The notes beneath the pieces are model-generated. The model did no database searches and had not been told where the DNA came from. It was given only the letters and a program-made list of their open reading frames with translations. Below are positions 37,236 through 50,600 of a stretch of 64,000 bases of DNA, piece by piece. The position numbers and the translations under genes were made by a program. The stretch covers positions 949,961 to 1,013,960 of the forward strand of contig NMRA01000071.1 in NCBI GenBank assembly GCA_002633005.1, read 5' to 3'. Source of the DNA: Phoronis australis. Lineage: Eukaryota > Animalia > Phoronida. Position 1 is the first letter of the stretch; every line of letters begins with the position of its first letter.

Positions 37236-37829
37236 ATATGCAACATTTCCTTTCGTTCAGCCTTAGGTTTATGCATCTTATGTAGTTACGAATCATCAGG
37301 AAATTTACCAGCCGGTGGTTTCTTCAAAGACAAGTCTAAGTTAGGGAGACAGGGCTTATTGGACACGCCGTTAGTTCTGCATGGTTAAGAGATTTAAGCC
37401 CTGGGTGTCGTGGCTCGAGATCCGGAAACTGAAAGTGTTGAATCAAGTGCCATACACACTGCAGTCAAATAGTTAACACGCATGCCTAGCAACTGCGATA
37501 GAAATGTTTAGAATGACGTTGTTTTGACGTCATTAATATATTTATGACCCAGTGTGACGACAATCCCGGGTCTAAATTGCGTCATCTAGTGCCATGACAC
37601 GTCATCACTAAACATCCGAGTAGCGACGCATGTAACTGTTGAGTGTTATCTACATGAAACTACACTGTGAGGCTTGGTGAAAAGCTTATAAAATTGGGTT
37701 GTTGAGTTGACAGCTTAACTGATGTAGATTTTGTTTAGAAAGCCGATATAGTTATATTAAAACCATGCTTGCATTCAAAAAGTTTAGTCGAACCATGACA
37801 GTCATCAATGCTCAGCTAGCTAATGATAC

Positions 37830-37883
<54 letters not shown>

Positions 37884-37884
37884 T
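37830..37884. repeat. (ATCA)n microsatellite
   Basis: About 13 tetranucleotide units. Confidence 0.97.
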
Positions 37885-38255
37885 AATAAAAAAATATTTC
37901 GGTGACCTGTAGCAGTTGCAACCCAATCAAAACTTGGTCTTATACATGTAAGCCATCATTTCCAAAGCGGACGTACAAAAAATAGGCAACGCATACATAA
38001 AAACCTGGCCAACCTTGTTAATCGTTATTAACTATACCTGAAAAATACATTATCATAAAACCAGACCAACCTTGTTAATCGCCATTAACTAAATAACTTC
38101 CTAAAACCGCTCTGAGGTGGTGTCGTATTACAACTATTTTTAAAATCTCTTGGTCTATTTACACCGACCTATGGTCTATACACAATGTACACTGTCACGA
38201 AATTCCGGCCATCGTCAGGTGTTACTGCGTTTTTAGAAGAACGAGCACGGATACG

Positions 38256-38336
38256 TGCGAGGGAGGATTTGAACCCACGACTTCTGAAACTACAGATAAT
38301 TCGAATGCAGCACCTTAATCACTACACCACGGAGTC
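38256..38336 (-). pseudogene. tRNA-derived sequence (pseudo-tRNA or SINE head)
   Basis: The minus strand reads gactccgtggtgtagtgattaaggtg...gtgggttcaaatcctccctcgca, with an A-box-like and a B-box (GGTTCAAATCC) motif. Stems pair poorly. Confidence 0.55.
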
Positions 38337-38743
38337 ATACAATTACTTAGAGGGAATTTTCTTATACTTAAGCCTTCCTAAGTAGACTGAGCCAGGTGTC
38401 AATTGGTTGTTTGCTTGACTGACTGAAGACATTGCCTTGTACATGTACATGGCTTCCTTGATCTTTCTCTTGGTTCAACCTGTTTCAGTGTCAAGTTACC
38501 GTATGTTATTCCACTGGATGTTGCGTTGTTTCGACCACATGTGTTCTGCTACTCCTGAAGAGGTATAACCTTCTCTACAACACAACAAACAGGGAACCAA
38601 TCAGTGGAACAATCTCTACAAATCTGAACACGAGCCACATGATCAAAATAAATGGCTTTAATGGCCTTGTACATGTGACCACCAATATTATTTAGTAAGC
38701 GTTTATAAAATAAGAAATCCCTACCTACACGGTCAAATGCCTT

Positions 38744-39120
38744 CTAAATATCAACAAATGTTACAAAAGTTGGCAGGCTTTCATTTTTTCTGTTTTGGAT
38801 TATAGACGCCCATGAAAATACATGGTCGATACATGATCTACCTATTCGATAACCGTTTTGCTCCTCAGCAAGCAGACGACACTTCTCAAAATGTGACGAT
38901 ATCCTGGCACTCAGAATACCACTGGGGATTTTATAAACACAGGAAATCAGGCTGATTCCCCTATAATTTAATGGAAAAGGATGATCCATGTTTAAACTTT
39001 TGGCAATAGGGATAAAGATGGCTTTCAACCACACCGAGGGAACATACTGCGAAACAAAAATAGTTTGAAATAATTTATGTAAAAGAGCAACCACCGCCGG
39101 GTGCTTAGGAACTTCAGGGT
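38744..39120 (-). mobile_element. LINE RT N-terminal fragment
   Basis: VPSVWLKAIFIPIAK..NYRGISLISCVYK..LAEEQNGYRIGRSCIDHVFS..TFVTFVDI (RT domains 0-3). Resembles the 50900-52810 relic. Confidence 0.8.
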
Positions 39121-39977
39121 TATGGTCAATACACCTATCTTGTATATATAATAACGCACACGGCAATTTTATGAGGTAAATGCAGGAACGGAGCTACCAT
39201 AACCTGTTGCAAAGTGTGCCAAAACGTTCTGTATTTAGGCTGCTGGACCGTAGGTCAAAATGCAAACTCATCTCTAACGGCGGCTTGGGCTTAACTCCCC
39301 TGGGCCATGCACCATAATGAGAGCAGGAAAATGTCTCAAGAAACTGTCTTAGCTAAAGCAAATCCTTTGTTACAATTTGGAATGTATTACAGGATGTGAA
39401 AGCTCCTCAGTTTGGAAGTTGAGATACATCAAACTTAAGTCATTTTCTTGAGATGGGCTCAGAATCTGCCTGTTTGTTTCGATGGTACAAAGCAATGAAA
39501 CAATGTACCTCACAAGTGCAGCACTGTGGTGGCTTGGGTTTCCTCATTGCATGAAAAATCATGGTTCAAATCATGAACTCACTTGGATAGTTGGCTCAAA
39601 ATACATGCAGAGAGGTTTGAGTCAGTTACAGACCACAATCGACCATGTTTTTACGAGCCTGCATGAAGCCAGTCACTGTTAATACATGTACTTCTATTTA
39701 CAGCATATTAGTTCAAACCTAACCATATGTGCGTTGTTTTGTCTAGATAAGAGTACCCCTCTGGCCACGGTATTAGGTAATGGTGGAATATAACGTGCCG
39801 GATTTTTGAGAGCAAGTTTTCGCCACTGAATTATGGTCGTGAAAATGGTTCTGAAATACAGTCACGTTATATAAGGTATTAAACAGGTAGTCCTATGCCC
39901 TTAGCACATATGAAAAAGTACCAACATCTGATGAGAATGTACGTGAATACATGTATGTAAAAGACTGTATAAACATG

Positions 39978-40245
39978 TATGCTGGTGTCATATATTGGAT
40001 ATCTGTCGGTGACATATATTTGATATCTGCCGGTGTCTTATTTTGGATATCTTCCGGTGTCATACATTGGATATCAGCCGTTGCCATATATTTGATATCT
40101 GCCGGTGTCATACATTGGATATCTGCCGAAGTCATATATTGGATATCTTCCGGTGTCATATATTGGATATCTGCTGGTGTCTTATATTGGGTATCTGCCG
40201 GTTTCATATATTGGATATCTGCCGCTGTCACATATTTGATATTTG
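39978..40245. repeat. 24-bp minisatellite, about 11 copies
   Basis: Unit ccggtgtcatatattggatatctg. It explains the periodic ORFs 39893-40328. Confidence 0.95.
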
Positions 40246-40359
40246 CAACAGGCACAAAATATATCGTAAACACTAGAATAACAGTCACAAAATCAATGGT
40301 AGCCACTAGAAAAACAGCCACAAAATAAAAATAGGAAATTCGCTAAGTTAAATCTCTTA

Positions 40360-40488
40360 CCTCCCGCCAACGGTCACTTTCTTCCCGCCAACGGTAATAT
40401 TCCTCCCGCCAACAGTAACTTTCGTCCCGCCAGCGGTAAATTTCCTCTTGCTAACGGTAACTTTACTCAGGCCAACGGTAACTTTCCT
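40360..40488. repeat. 21-bp minisatellite, about 6 copies
   Basis: Unit cctcccgccaacggtaacttt. Confidence 0.9.
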
Positions 40489-42057
40489 AGCCCATTTCCA
40501 TGTTTTTAATTGCCGCATGTCATTTCAGGGTTACGGAAAGACACCGCATCATCCTAGCTAGTTTCGGAAGTGGCTCGAATGTTTGGCGTCCTTTTGGGGG
40601 CAATTTACTGGGCTTTTTGGGCCATCTGTCGTGTCCTTCTTGGATCATCTTAGCGCCACCTTTGTAGTTACACATAAAGCAGTTGAGAGCAATGCACGTA
40701 AACCCATGACTTTCAAAACAAATTTTCTTAAACATTTAATAACAAGAGGTAATTGAAAGATATTTTTAAGTGAAAAACTTAGTGGAAGGTTATTCATAAA
40801 ATTATGTAAGGCCTTGCAAAAAGAATCATCTGTAATTGATTTTAAATATCGGAGTGTGTGTCGTTGTCTTATGCAACGTTCATGAAAAACCCAAGTGTCA
40901 TGATATTAAAAGTGAGTGTGAATAATTATAAACATATTTGTTTAAAATGTCAATTTTAGCAACAACATAGAAATTCTTTATTTTGAGTATCTGTGAAGTC
41001 CTACATGAAGTATCGGTAAGGACACTAAACACTAGAAGCAATAATACACATAACCCTTTTCCCGTAAATTGAATTTTCTATGAGGTTCACTCCCCTTAGC
41101 AAAATGTCATTTAATGAAAATGAGGAAGAACAATATCAAAAGGCAAGAAATGTTTAATGTTATTAAAACGGCCACAGAATCTGCTTATCTTCACATTGAC
41201 ATGCACTTTTAAATGATTAAAATCATTGTTTCTGAAGTACTTGGAATATTAAGGAACCTTTTTGTGGCATCTGTCGGACCTTCTCACTCATCCGATCATT
41301 ATCAAATCAGTGTTGCACCGTGTCTTGAATGCCTTGTCTAGCTAACATCCTTAGAACGTGGCATATGTGATGTTATGACGGCGGAGCTAATCTAAATACA
41401 CTGTCCATCATAGTCCACATAATGGTGATATGTACTTGGAATTCTTTTTCTCTTATTCTTCGAACCAGTGGACGTTTTTGCCTTTCTGACTGGACGTTTC
41501 TATAATGGCAAGCGCATGTATTGGGTAATTTGGTGCTCGTTGTGATGAGATTGTTCATTTTAAATCAGCTATGACCAGTTCTTTCAGAATTGTATATCGC
41601 TCATTTTGACTCCCTCATAAAGCCCGTAATGGAAACTCTGCCTGTCCATGTACAATAACCTTTTAATTTTTATGGTTCAAGAAAGACCCATGACACACGA
41701 TGAAGCTACACCTCCAGTGCGCTTCCTGGTGGATTCTGGTCAATACTATTTTATACTCAAAAGGAACAGGCAAGTTTAGTTTAATTTCAACCCTTATTTT
41801 CAACTAGTGCGAATGCAAGTTGTGCTTCAATCTTTTCGTCAGTGATATTTTTCAATTTTGTCCAAGCCGAAACCTGAAGTCAGACTATTTTTCTTATTTT
41901 TAATGGGCACCCTCGACCCACGAAACCTTTGGCCCAAGACGCCCTACCCACGAGCCCCTTGGCCCACAGTCCACAACCCCCTCGACCCAGTCTACACAAG
42001 CTCGATTCGATTTGAAGATGGAAAAAGTGCTGACTTGCAGGAAAAACGAGTCTGGCC

Positions 42058-42061
<4 letters not shown>

Positions 42062-42100
<39 letters not shown>
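42062..42100. repeat. (GA)n microsatellite at an N join
   Basis: About 15 GA units, then an N at 42102. Confidence 0.97.
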
Positions 42101-42101
<1 letters not shown>

Positions 42102-42968
42102 NAACTGTCAAGCCAAAAACACGAAAAACGCCATCAAAGACCTACCAACGTTACAAAACGTCTTGTTCCCAACAGACTGTAATCGTCTTGCCTGTTTTTC
42201 TGTGAATGGTTGATTCAAGTTCTTTTTGAGAGAGTGCAAGAAGGCTACGAATATATAATTTCTTAAGTATATACAGTTTAAAAACTGTTAACTAAAAAGC
42301 ATTTCAAACTTACATGTAGTATATTGTAAAGGATTATAAGAAATTCACATCAGTGTACTTTCTGCCTATATGTAACTTTAGTAGAACCATGATGGTAAAA
42401 CAGGGTCCTCGTGGAATTATTTCTTTGACAACGATAGCACGCTTCCAATCCGATATTTTACATCATGTTCTTACGCAAATTTCTGTGTTTAACCACCAGC
42501 TTTGAGTCAGAGCAGATTCGCACATACACTGTAGGTAACTCTTATGTCACTCAGCGACGTGATTATGACATGCGCTATTGGTGTAGGTCATAGGTCGAGG
42601 GGGATGTGGGTCTTCGGTGGTGGGGGCTGGAGGTCTTGGGGTGCTGGGGGAGACGAGGTATTAGAACATTCCCTTTAAGTTGGACTGCACTGCGTGCCCA
42701 GTCGGTTATCAGGTCGAAGTGACACGATTTTTATTGCATTAACGACACTAGATTGTGAAAATAAATCTGTTCTTCAATACTTCACAGTAACAATAATAGT
42801 GTAATTTTTCATCACTAAATAGTGGCTAAATTTCAGTAATAGCTGAGACTTAAACCAGTCTTAAATTTGGAGAAACTTCATAAAGCATGGCTTCGATATT
42901 TTGGTCTTAAGTTAGCTATATTTTGATCTAATTCAAGACAGCAAAGCTTCTAATAAGCGGACCCCTGA

Positions 42969-44633
42969 CAGTGGCGGATCTACGTTTTCACTAAGGGGGT
43001 TGTAGGATTCCCGCAAAGGTCGAATCCGAGGCGCGTGGCGCCGAGAAGGGGGAGATCGGGATGGGGGTGCCCCCTCCGTGTACGCAAATTTTTTGTTTTT
43101 GTAGCCAAATAGTGAAATTTCCATGCATCCTGGTAGGTTTCTGGCACTTAACATGTCTCTTGAGTTTTTCTTAAGATAATTTAAAACCCTTCTCGATTTG
43201 GTTGCATTAACGTGGCTCGAAAGTTTAGTGAAACCATATTTGTGCACATCTGGGTATGAGTCAAGCCACCAGCAAAAATTTTTGTTGGAACATCTGCTTA
43301 TACACACCTTTTTAGCATACGAAAAGTCGTATTTGAAAAAGTGTGGTGTGTGGGGGGGGGGGGTTTAGACAACTACCAAATAATCAAGAGCATAAGGAGC
43401 ACCGACGGGAAGTAAAAAATTGAATATCAGATGATCGCGTAACAGCAGCCTCAAGTTGTTTAAGAACTAAGACCTGAACTGGAAATAAACATGTGTTCTT
43501 TCTCGTTATGAGAAAAACTGGCAAACGATCGTGCTCTCAGCTCACAGTATATTATTAAAAGCGACAATAAAGAATTAAGTACCACTTTATTAAGCTGAAT
43601 CACGTTGACAACAAATGAAAAACGTCAAATGTATCTGGAAACAAATCATCTGAAAACAGTTTCACGAAACCAAAGCATTCTGTACACCGTGGTGAAAAGA
43701 TAAACAGGACCAGTTCGCAGAGGGACCAGGTGTACACAGAGAGTACACAAAAAGGCCTGGTCCGTCACGAGACCAAAAGTACACCTGTGCTTATTCTCCC
43801 TATAAAAATATGCAATCTGTCGCGGGACCAAACAGTACTGGCTGAGATGAATAGTTTTACAAAGAACACCGTCTTTGGTAAGAAAAACAACACGAGACTA
43901 GTTCGTCGAGGGACCACAAGTACACTGAAACTCAATATCTACACAACTCAAGCTAGCCTGGTCCGTTGCGAGACCTAAAGCGTACTATGCAAAATTTTTT
44001 AAATTGAAAACCTCTCTCTAGACACTTTTTAATGCCCAGTGGTTGCTCATGCGTGTATTTTATACACCTGGTCGTCAACTTCTGAGAGAGGTTGTCCAGG
44101 AAGGGTTTTCGCACCGTTCTGTAGTACTGGCTGGAAGAAACAAGAATTGAGTACAAATGACAGCATGACAGGTGAGGTAAAAATGTTGCACGTCAATTTG
44201 CCTGAATATCAGGGTTGCGGCACCACAGTATTTCCCCTAATGAAATCAAATCATATCTTAGAGTAAAGATGGTAGTTACTTAAAGAGCTCAGCTGTAGAG
44301 CTGCTCTTTCAGAGGTGGATCCATCCAAAGTGCTTGGCTACTTCAGAAGTGTCGACGGAAGCTCGCCCACAATTGATCTCCGCGCGTTTTGCCGATGAGC
44401 CACGAAGATTCAAAATGCTTTGATTTTCATAACAGCAATTCGCAATCCAAAAAATTATATTTTCAGAGTGAACCCCCCTGCCCTCATTTTTTCCAAGTTG
44501 GTTTACTTGGGGTTTACACACGCTGGTGGTGTCGTTTTTGTTTTGCTGATGACGTTTTTGTTTTTTTAATTTTGGGTTCTGGCCCAAGGGGGGAGGGGTT
44601 TAAAACCCCTGAACCCCCGTAGATCCGCCACTG
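42969..44633. mobile_element. Possible non-autonomous DNA transposon bounded by 16-bp perfect TIRs
   Basis: cagtggcggatctacg (42969) and cgtagatccgccactg (44618-44633) with G/C-run subterminal regions. No matching target-site duplication seen. A further right end (tagatccgccaatg) lies near 45690-45705. Confidence 0.5.
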
Positions 44634-44689
44634 CCTATTGTTTTACAACATCTGACGCATTTCACCCACGTTGAAATTGCTTTCTGCAG

Positions 44690-47600
44690 GATCAACCAGT
44701 AGAATGACATCCACATTTGAACCAGATAAAAACAGTCTCCGTTACTCGCGCATGCTCATAGATGGCGAAACTCTGGTGGTGGGAGCAATGTAAGTACCTG
44801 TAATGTGCGCGTGCAAGTTCAATAAGTTCCTCCTAATGTACATGTATGCGTTGCATTTGGAGAAAACGATGTGCTTCTGGAAATTGAAATTTATGGCACC
44901 CGTAACGAAGTTTCACATGTGAAATTGTGCCACTAGCAATTACTTGTATGACGTTTATTTCCCCTTATTCCAGGAATACCATTTACCAATTACATGTAGA
45001 GAACTTGACAACACGAGCGGTAAGACATTCCTCAATATCATGCAGTCGCACTCTTTGCTTTTTAGTGATTGTCACTAACAGGCTGCTTGCGTGTTACAAC
45101 GGCTTTCTTTACTTGCAATCGTTTTATAAAGTGTTACTTGGTTTACTTGTAGTTTCTAAATCATTTCTGTCACTTCATGAAAAGAAAAATAGTCGACTAA
45201 GATATCAGATTAGTATCTCTTCACAATGGCAAATACATACTCAAATGTACCGCGGGCTCATTCTCCACTTCCTCAGTCACGCTTTGTACATTATACATTT
45301 AATAGATACATACATGTATATCTATTTAGAAACAAGTCTCGTTTGCAAAATATTACAGTTTACGTTGCCAATAACAACCCGTTGTGTATGTTTGTGCGCT
45401 TTAATTTCTTACTTACTATAGTAAAAGCAAACAGTATTAAATATAACGGTTCATTACTTGAAATTGATAAAACGTGTGAAAATGACGGTTAATGTTCAGT
45501 GAAATTGTATAATATTTCGAAAATANGGGGGGGGGGGGCGCGGTGGAATCACGTTGCCGGTTTTTTAATGTCCTCCGATAGATTTTGGGAACACCAGGTC
45601 ACATCGTCAATTCCAGCAACTTTCGGGGCGCCTGTGTATACAATCCACTTTGCCCAATTCTCCGAGTGCCCCTCCCCCCTTATGGTATTCTAGATCCGCC
45701 AATGGGCTGCACTCATTCATTGACCGGAGCGCATAGCCTGCACGTCAGCTGTTTTCAAGAAGATGTTAAAAGTGCCACCGTTGATGACAGCTCCAGCCTG
45801 TTTAGCGTTGTTACAGGTACGTCGTCGCATTTCTATGGGTTCTGTAGCATGGATAGGTTCCCGTGTTGCTGGGACGGTCGTTCTTGCTGCTCGTGTACTA
45901 CTGTCGGGTACTGTCATAGCCAGTGACCGTTCGGCTTTATTGGCTTTGAGCGTGATTTTTGCACTTGCAGTTGACGTGGCCTTAGTTTGCAGAATGCTGG
46001 ACATAGGTCTCTGCTCTGCCGTCGACGCTGATGAATAGTTGTTCAAACGTGCTACATTTTTGTGTCCACGGAGCTGCACGATTGTGGCGGGTGGTATGGC
46101 TGCATGAAGGGAATTTAAGCACATGATTCGCATTACGCTGTGGTTGGTTTTCTTACCCGGGAGGCCAACTGCTTGTGCTATTTTGTATGAACTAAGCTAT
46201 CGTCTTTTTGCCCTGTGATTGATTCTTTTACCATATTTCGGAGTCGAGGATTTTGAAGTGATTGATGTTGAGATAGAAAGGTGAGTCTGGGGTAAGGGTG
46301 GTTAGTGGTCTTCATGATTGGTAGGCTTTGTAAGTAGCGACGGGGCACCTTGGCGGATTATCAAATGCTGTTGGATTAAATGGTCTAATATCGGTGCCAG
46401 TGCAGTACCTTGTTTTCGTTTTCCTTTCGTTGAACTCTCGGTATTGGTTGCCAGATTCGTCATCAAGCAACTGTATGTCTGCCCACTGTAACTGTCGGCT
46501 TTCATGTGAGCCCCGGAAACCAAACAGTTTGGTATTGAAGAACCATACTATTTTAAGGAGTGCTTGTGTTTGCAAGTTGACCGTTATTCCACAGCAGCTC
46601 TCCCTCGTCATCTGTCAGTAATGCCGCCCTGTATTTTCGATTTCCTTTTCCTTGTTGTTTCAATTCCCGCCGACGAGCAAAAAGCTCGTGTTTGGAAAGT
46701 CGAAATACATGTATGGTTGGATTGTCTACCATAGTGACTGGGTTGCCAATTTCTTTCAGGTGTCTGTCATTGGCCCTATGAAAAGATGTTAGAGTGTCCG
46801 ACTCATATGAAGATCTATCGGGGACATTAGAAAGCCTGCTACGAAGGTGTCTAGCTCTTTAGGGGATATGTCTAGCAACGTTCTGTTTTCATTGTGTTCA
46901 ACTAGCCAAACAGTAAAATCTCTTAGTTGCTCTTACAGATTTCTTGACAGTGTTGATGTTTTTTCGGTTGAGGAGATCATGTGCTTTACTTGCCATCCCT
47001 TTGAGTTTCTCATTTTGCTTTTCCTGTTGCACCTCTTGTTCTTCTAATTCAATCAACTCCTGAATTTCTGGATTCTCGAATTTGAAATTGAACATTCCAA
47101 AATTGAAACTCATTATTTTTGTAGCCGGTCGACTGGGCTTCCGTAGTTCCACGTCTGAGTTGCAGACGCTGTATTTCAGCAAATAAAATGGAGACAAAAG
47201 TCTCATAAAATTAACAGTTTTGTACAAGATGTTATATTTGGGACCTGATTGCATGTTGAGTGTTATTTATACTGCTGCGATTTCGTTACTTGAAACCATT
47301 TTGTGAAAGTTTGATGATAGAGCTGGTTGCCAACGCCCTAGTCTACATTGACCTATTTTTGTACTTTCCACCTTTGAGAATACATGTATAGGGCACTGTT
47401 AAAAGTAGTGCGGGAGGTGAATACGAAAAATATGACTACAGGTACATGACCGTATTTCCCTCGAAAGATTCAACGCGTATCAGATGAAACAACCCGCCAT
47501 TCTTTTATTTCAAAGAGCTAGTAGTGCAGTACGCAGTTTTGACAAGCAGCCATAGCTGTTCTCGTGCAAAGCGTAATAAATTTTTGCCCTTCTAGCAAAA

Positions 47601-50600
47601 TTTGCAGACACTTTCAAGTTGACTTCAAGTCTCAATCGAACACGGATTATTGAAATATTAAAGCATTAAGGTATCCACTGTGATCTAAGTTGCTTAAATA
47701 TATCTATGACCTTTCTGTGACCTTTCTGTGCAACTAGTCAAATGTTAACAAATCTATTTTACTCAGTAAAACTACACATTTTCTGAAACTAACAAAACGG
47801 ACACTTGTGCAGAGATAGTGGAACGTAATTGTGAACATGGCTTTTTTGGCTGGCTGCGACGTGAATATGATGTCATTGGTTTTTGTTATCTGCAGTTTTT
47901 TTGATTTTAGCTGCTGAGATGCGTTACTCAATGTTACCAGAATGAACTTAATATCTGTGGTATAGTGTTCTTAGGTTTTGTTCGGATCTTCTAAAATATT
48001 CTGGCAATAATTTTACACATCACATCAGCGGAAAAGAAAGTCGTAGTAGCAAATTTTCAAAAGCTATGGCTGTCACGTGGTTCAGAAAATAGCCTAAGGG
48101 ACATTATCGTTTGCGGACAAATTAATCATTTTTTATTTATTTTTTAATTGGACACAATTCTTGAGAAGTAATTTACTTTGATTTGAGTTGTAAAACAACA
48201 ACTCGTTACGTTTTGACGACCATGTTATAAATTTCCAATTCTAGATATTCGCAAAATTCATAGAATGTAGCTTCGTTGTTTCAGTTCAATATGCTTAAAA
48301 TGTTGTGATCTTTAACGCGTGGCTTACCGATAGAGCTTGTGGATACTACACACGGTGTGCGTGAATTCGGTTCGGCATAATTGCTATTTTGTAAGCAAAC
48401 AACTTCCGTTAAGAAAGACAAGTATACCAATTGCAAGCCACTAACGCCACACAGCCACATTCGGAGTTTGGTAATGAAAAATAATCCAAGCGTTTTTGTA
48501 CCTTTAAGCATTTAACATGGAAGTCAGATAACATGAAGACCGAGATATGCAAAGCCACGGGCGGTACTGAGATCACGTGCCAAAATCACATCCGGGTACT
48601 GTTAAAAGAAACTCAGACCCGATTGATAGCTTGTGGTACGAATGCGAATGAGCCGGTGTGTCGTACTCTGAAATTGGTAAGTACTCCCGTCCTTCCTTTC
48701 AATGTTTAGTTGTTAAAGTGTGACGTTGGGGAAACAAAACCATGCTTTTGTTATTATTAAGTGTAAAACATGTTTTTGGAAAATGCTTCGTATACATTCT
48801 TACCCTCCTAAAGAAAGTTTCGTCATCGTTATAATTTAACCAGGTACTACAGCATGAAAGAGACGGCCCTTATGTTGCATTGCCATGACGGAGACATCGT
48901 GCTATTATTACCCAGACGGCACTCATGTTGCATTGCCATGACGTAGACATCGTGCAATCGTTACCCAGGCGGCACTCATGTTGCATTGCCAGGACGGAGA
49001 CATAGTGCTATCGTTACCCAGGGCTTATATTTTCAGGACACCTTTTTGCAAGTAGGAAACGAAAGAAGTGGTGTGGGACTTTGCCCGAAGTCACCGGAGC
49101 AAAATAACACCGCAGTGTACTCCGGAAACAACATTTACTCCGGACTTGTTATACGTTCAAATGTCTTCCTCGTATATAAGCAGGTTGGCGGCCTCGGCAC
49201 AGATTCAAGCAATAATCATGTTCTAAACCGTGAGCATTTCAGACTATGTACAAGTAATTAGCTACATTATATACAGTGATTTAAGGAGGGCACCTCGTTC
49301 ATACTCTACATTGTGCATTGCAGTTGTAAATGCATTTGTATCCCAGTGTCAGACACCTACAGTTTTGGATGTTCCTCAAAATTGCCATACACCTGTTTCT
49401 ATGAAATATAACTTAGAAAAGGAGTCTGATTTTGCTTGTTGCTTGTTGTGATTGCAAGTTATTTAATTTGCTTGATACCTGTAAGTACAGGCAGTCCGTT
49501 ACTGTTGCGCTAATAAATGATTGTCCGGAATGTTTGGTTTCACGATCGAACACTAGATGGGACATTTAGTTTACATATTATTTTGCGAGCCACCAGGTGG
49601 AGTTACATGTAATGATTGGTATATTATTTATACATACCTATTTTCTAGGGCCAGATTTCGTTGCTTCATTTGAAGAGGGCGACAAAGTTTACTTCGTTTT
49701 CAGGGAGGTTGCTGTTGAGGATCAAAACTGTGGCAAGGTACTGCAAGAGACAAGTGAGCCAAGGGCAATGTGAAAATGTTGAATGTTTGATATAGATGAT
49801 ACACATGTAGCAAATATCACACGATAACGAGCAGTTCATGCAACACCATTTCGATTGTTTTCATAACACACATTCATACTCAGCGAGCATTGCTACTTAC
49901 CAGAATAATTACGAGGCAAAATATGAAACAAGTATTATTCTAAACTAGGCGTAAACAAAATCAACCCTTACTCAAGAATAGAAGATTAGTTGTCGCAGGA
50001 GTCGTGTCGTTGTTTGAAACCAATTATATTGGTATGTGACATACCAAAGCGAGTCAGTCTTTGTGATGTCATAAACATGATAAAGCATACAATTCAGAGG
50101 TCTTCTTGCCTCGTGGACGACCTCAGGTATGATTTTAGGTATGGGCGTACCACTGATAGGTTGCATGAAACAGTCCCAAACTTGCACTCAACCGAGTTCC
50201 ATAAATCTAATTTGTAATTGTGGGCTTGCAAAAACACTTACTGTGCTTTCATATGCTGTTAGAGTTTCATTACAAGGCCAAATTTTGACTGTTTTTAAAT
50301 CGGGTGTGAACACTACGACCCCAGTATCATTGCACATAATGGCCAGAAGGGTTTTTTTCATGCAAGGCCCCTAACTTAAAAAGTAAGTCCCTAATTGTTT
50401 TGATTGAAGTAAGGGTTCTAGTTTCACTAATATTATTTGAAATTGTCATTAGACATCAATTGGAACTCGTAAGAAACGTAAAATTTGAAAAAAACATTAC
50501 ATATGTGAGTTGTCAATGCAACAAATATGCAAATTACATTTAGGGAACTATGAGTCCCTAATAGGGACTGCTTCATGCAACCGGACACAGAAACCTTTCT

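Noticed and set aside
38256-38336. Functional tRNA genes here, at 11754 and at 20251
   Set aside because: Acceptor, D or anticodon stems are broken and no anticodon can be assigned, so they are treated as tRNA-derived repeats.
39893-40328. ORFs with MTPADIQY / ISAGVIYW repeats
   Set aside because: By-product of a 24-bp minisatellite.
44991-44998. TACATGTA inside a paralog B exon as an insertion footprint
   Set aside because: Paralog A has TTGCATGTA at the same position with the same exon length, so this instance arose by substitution.
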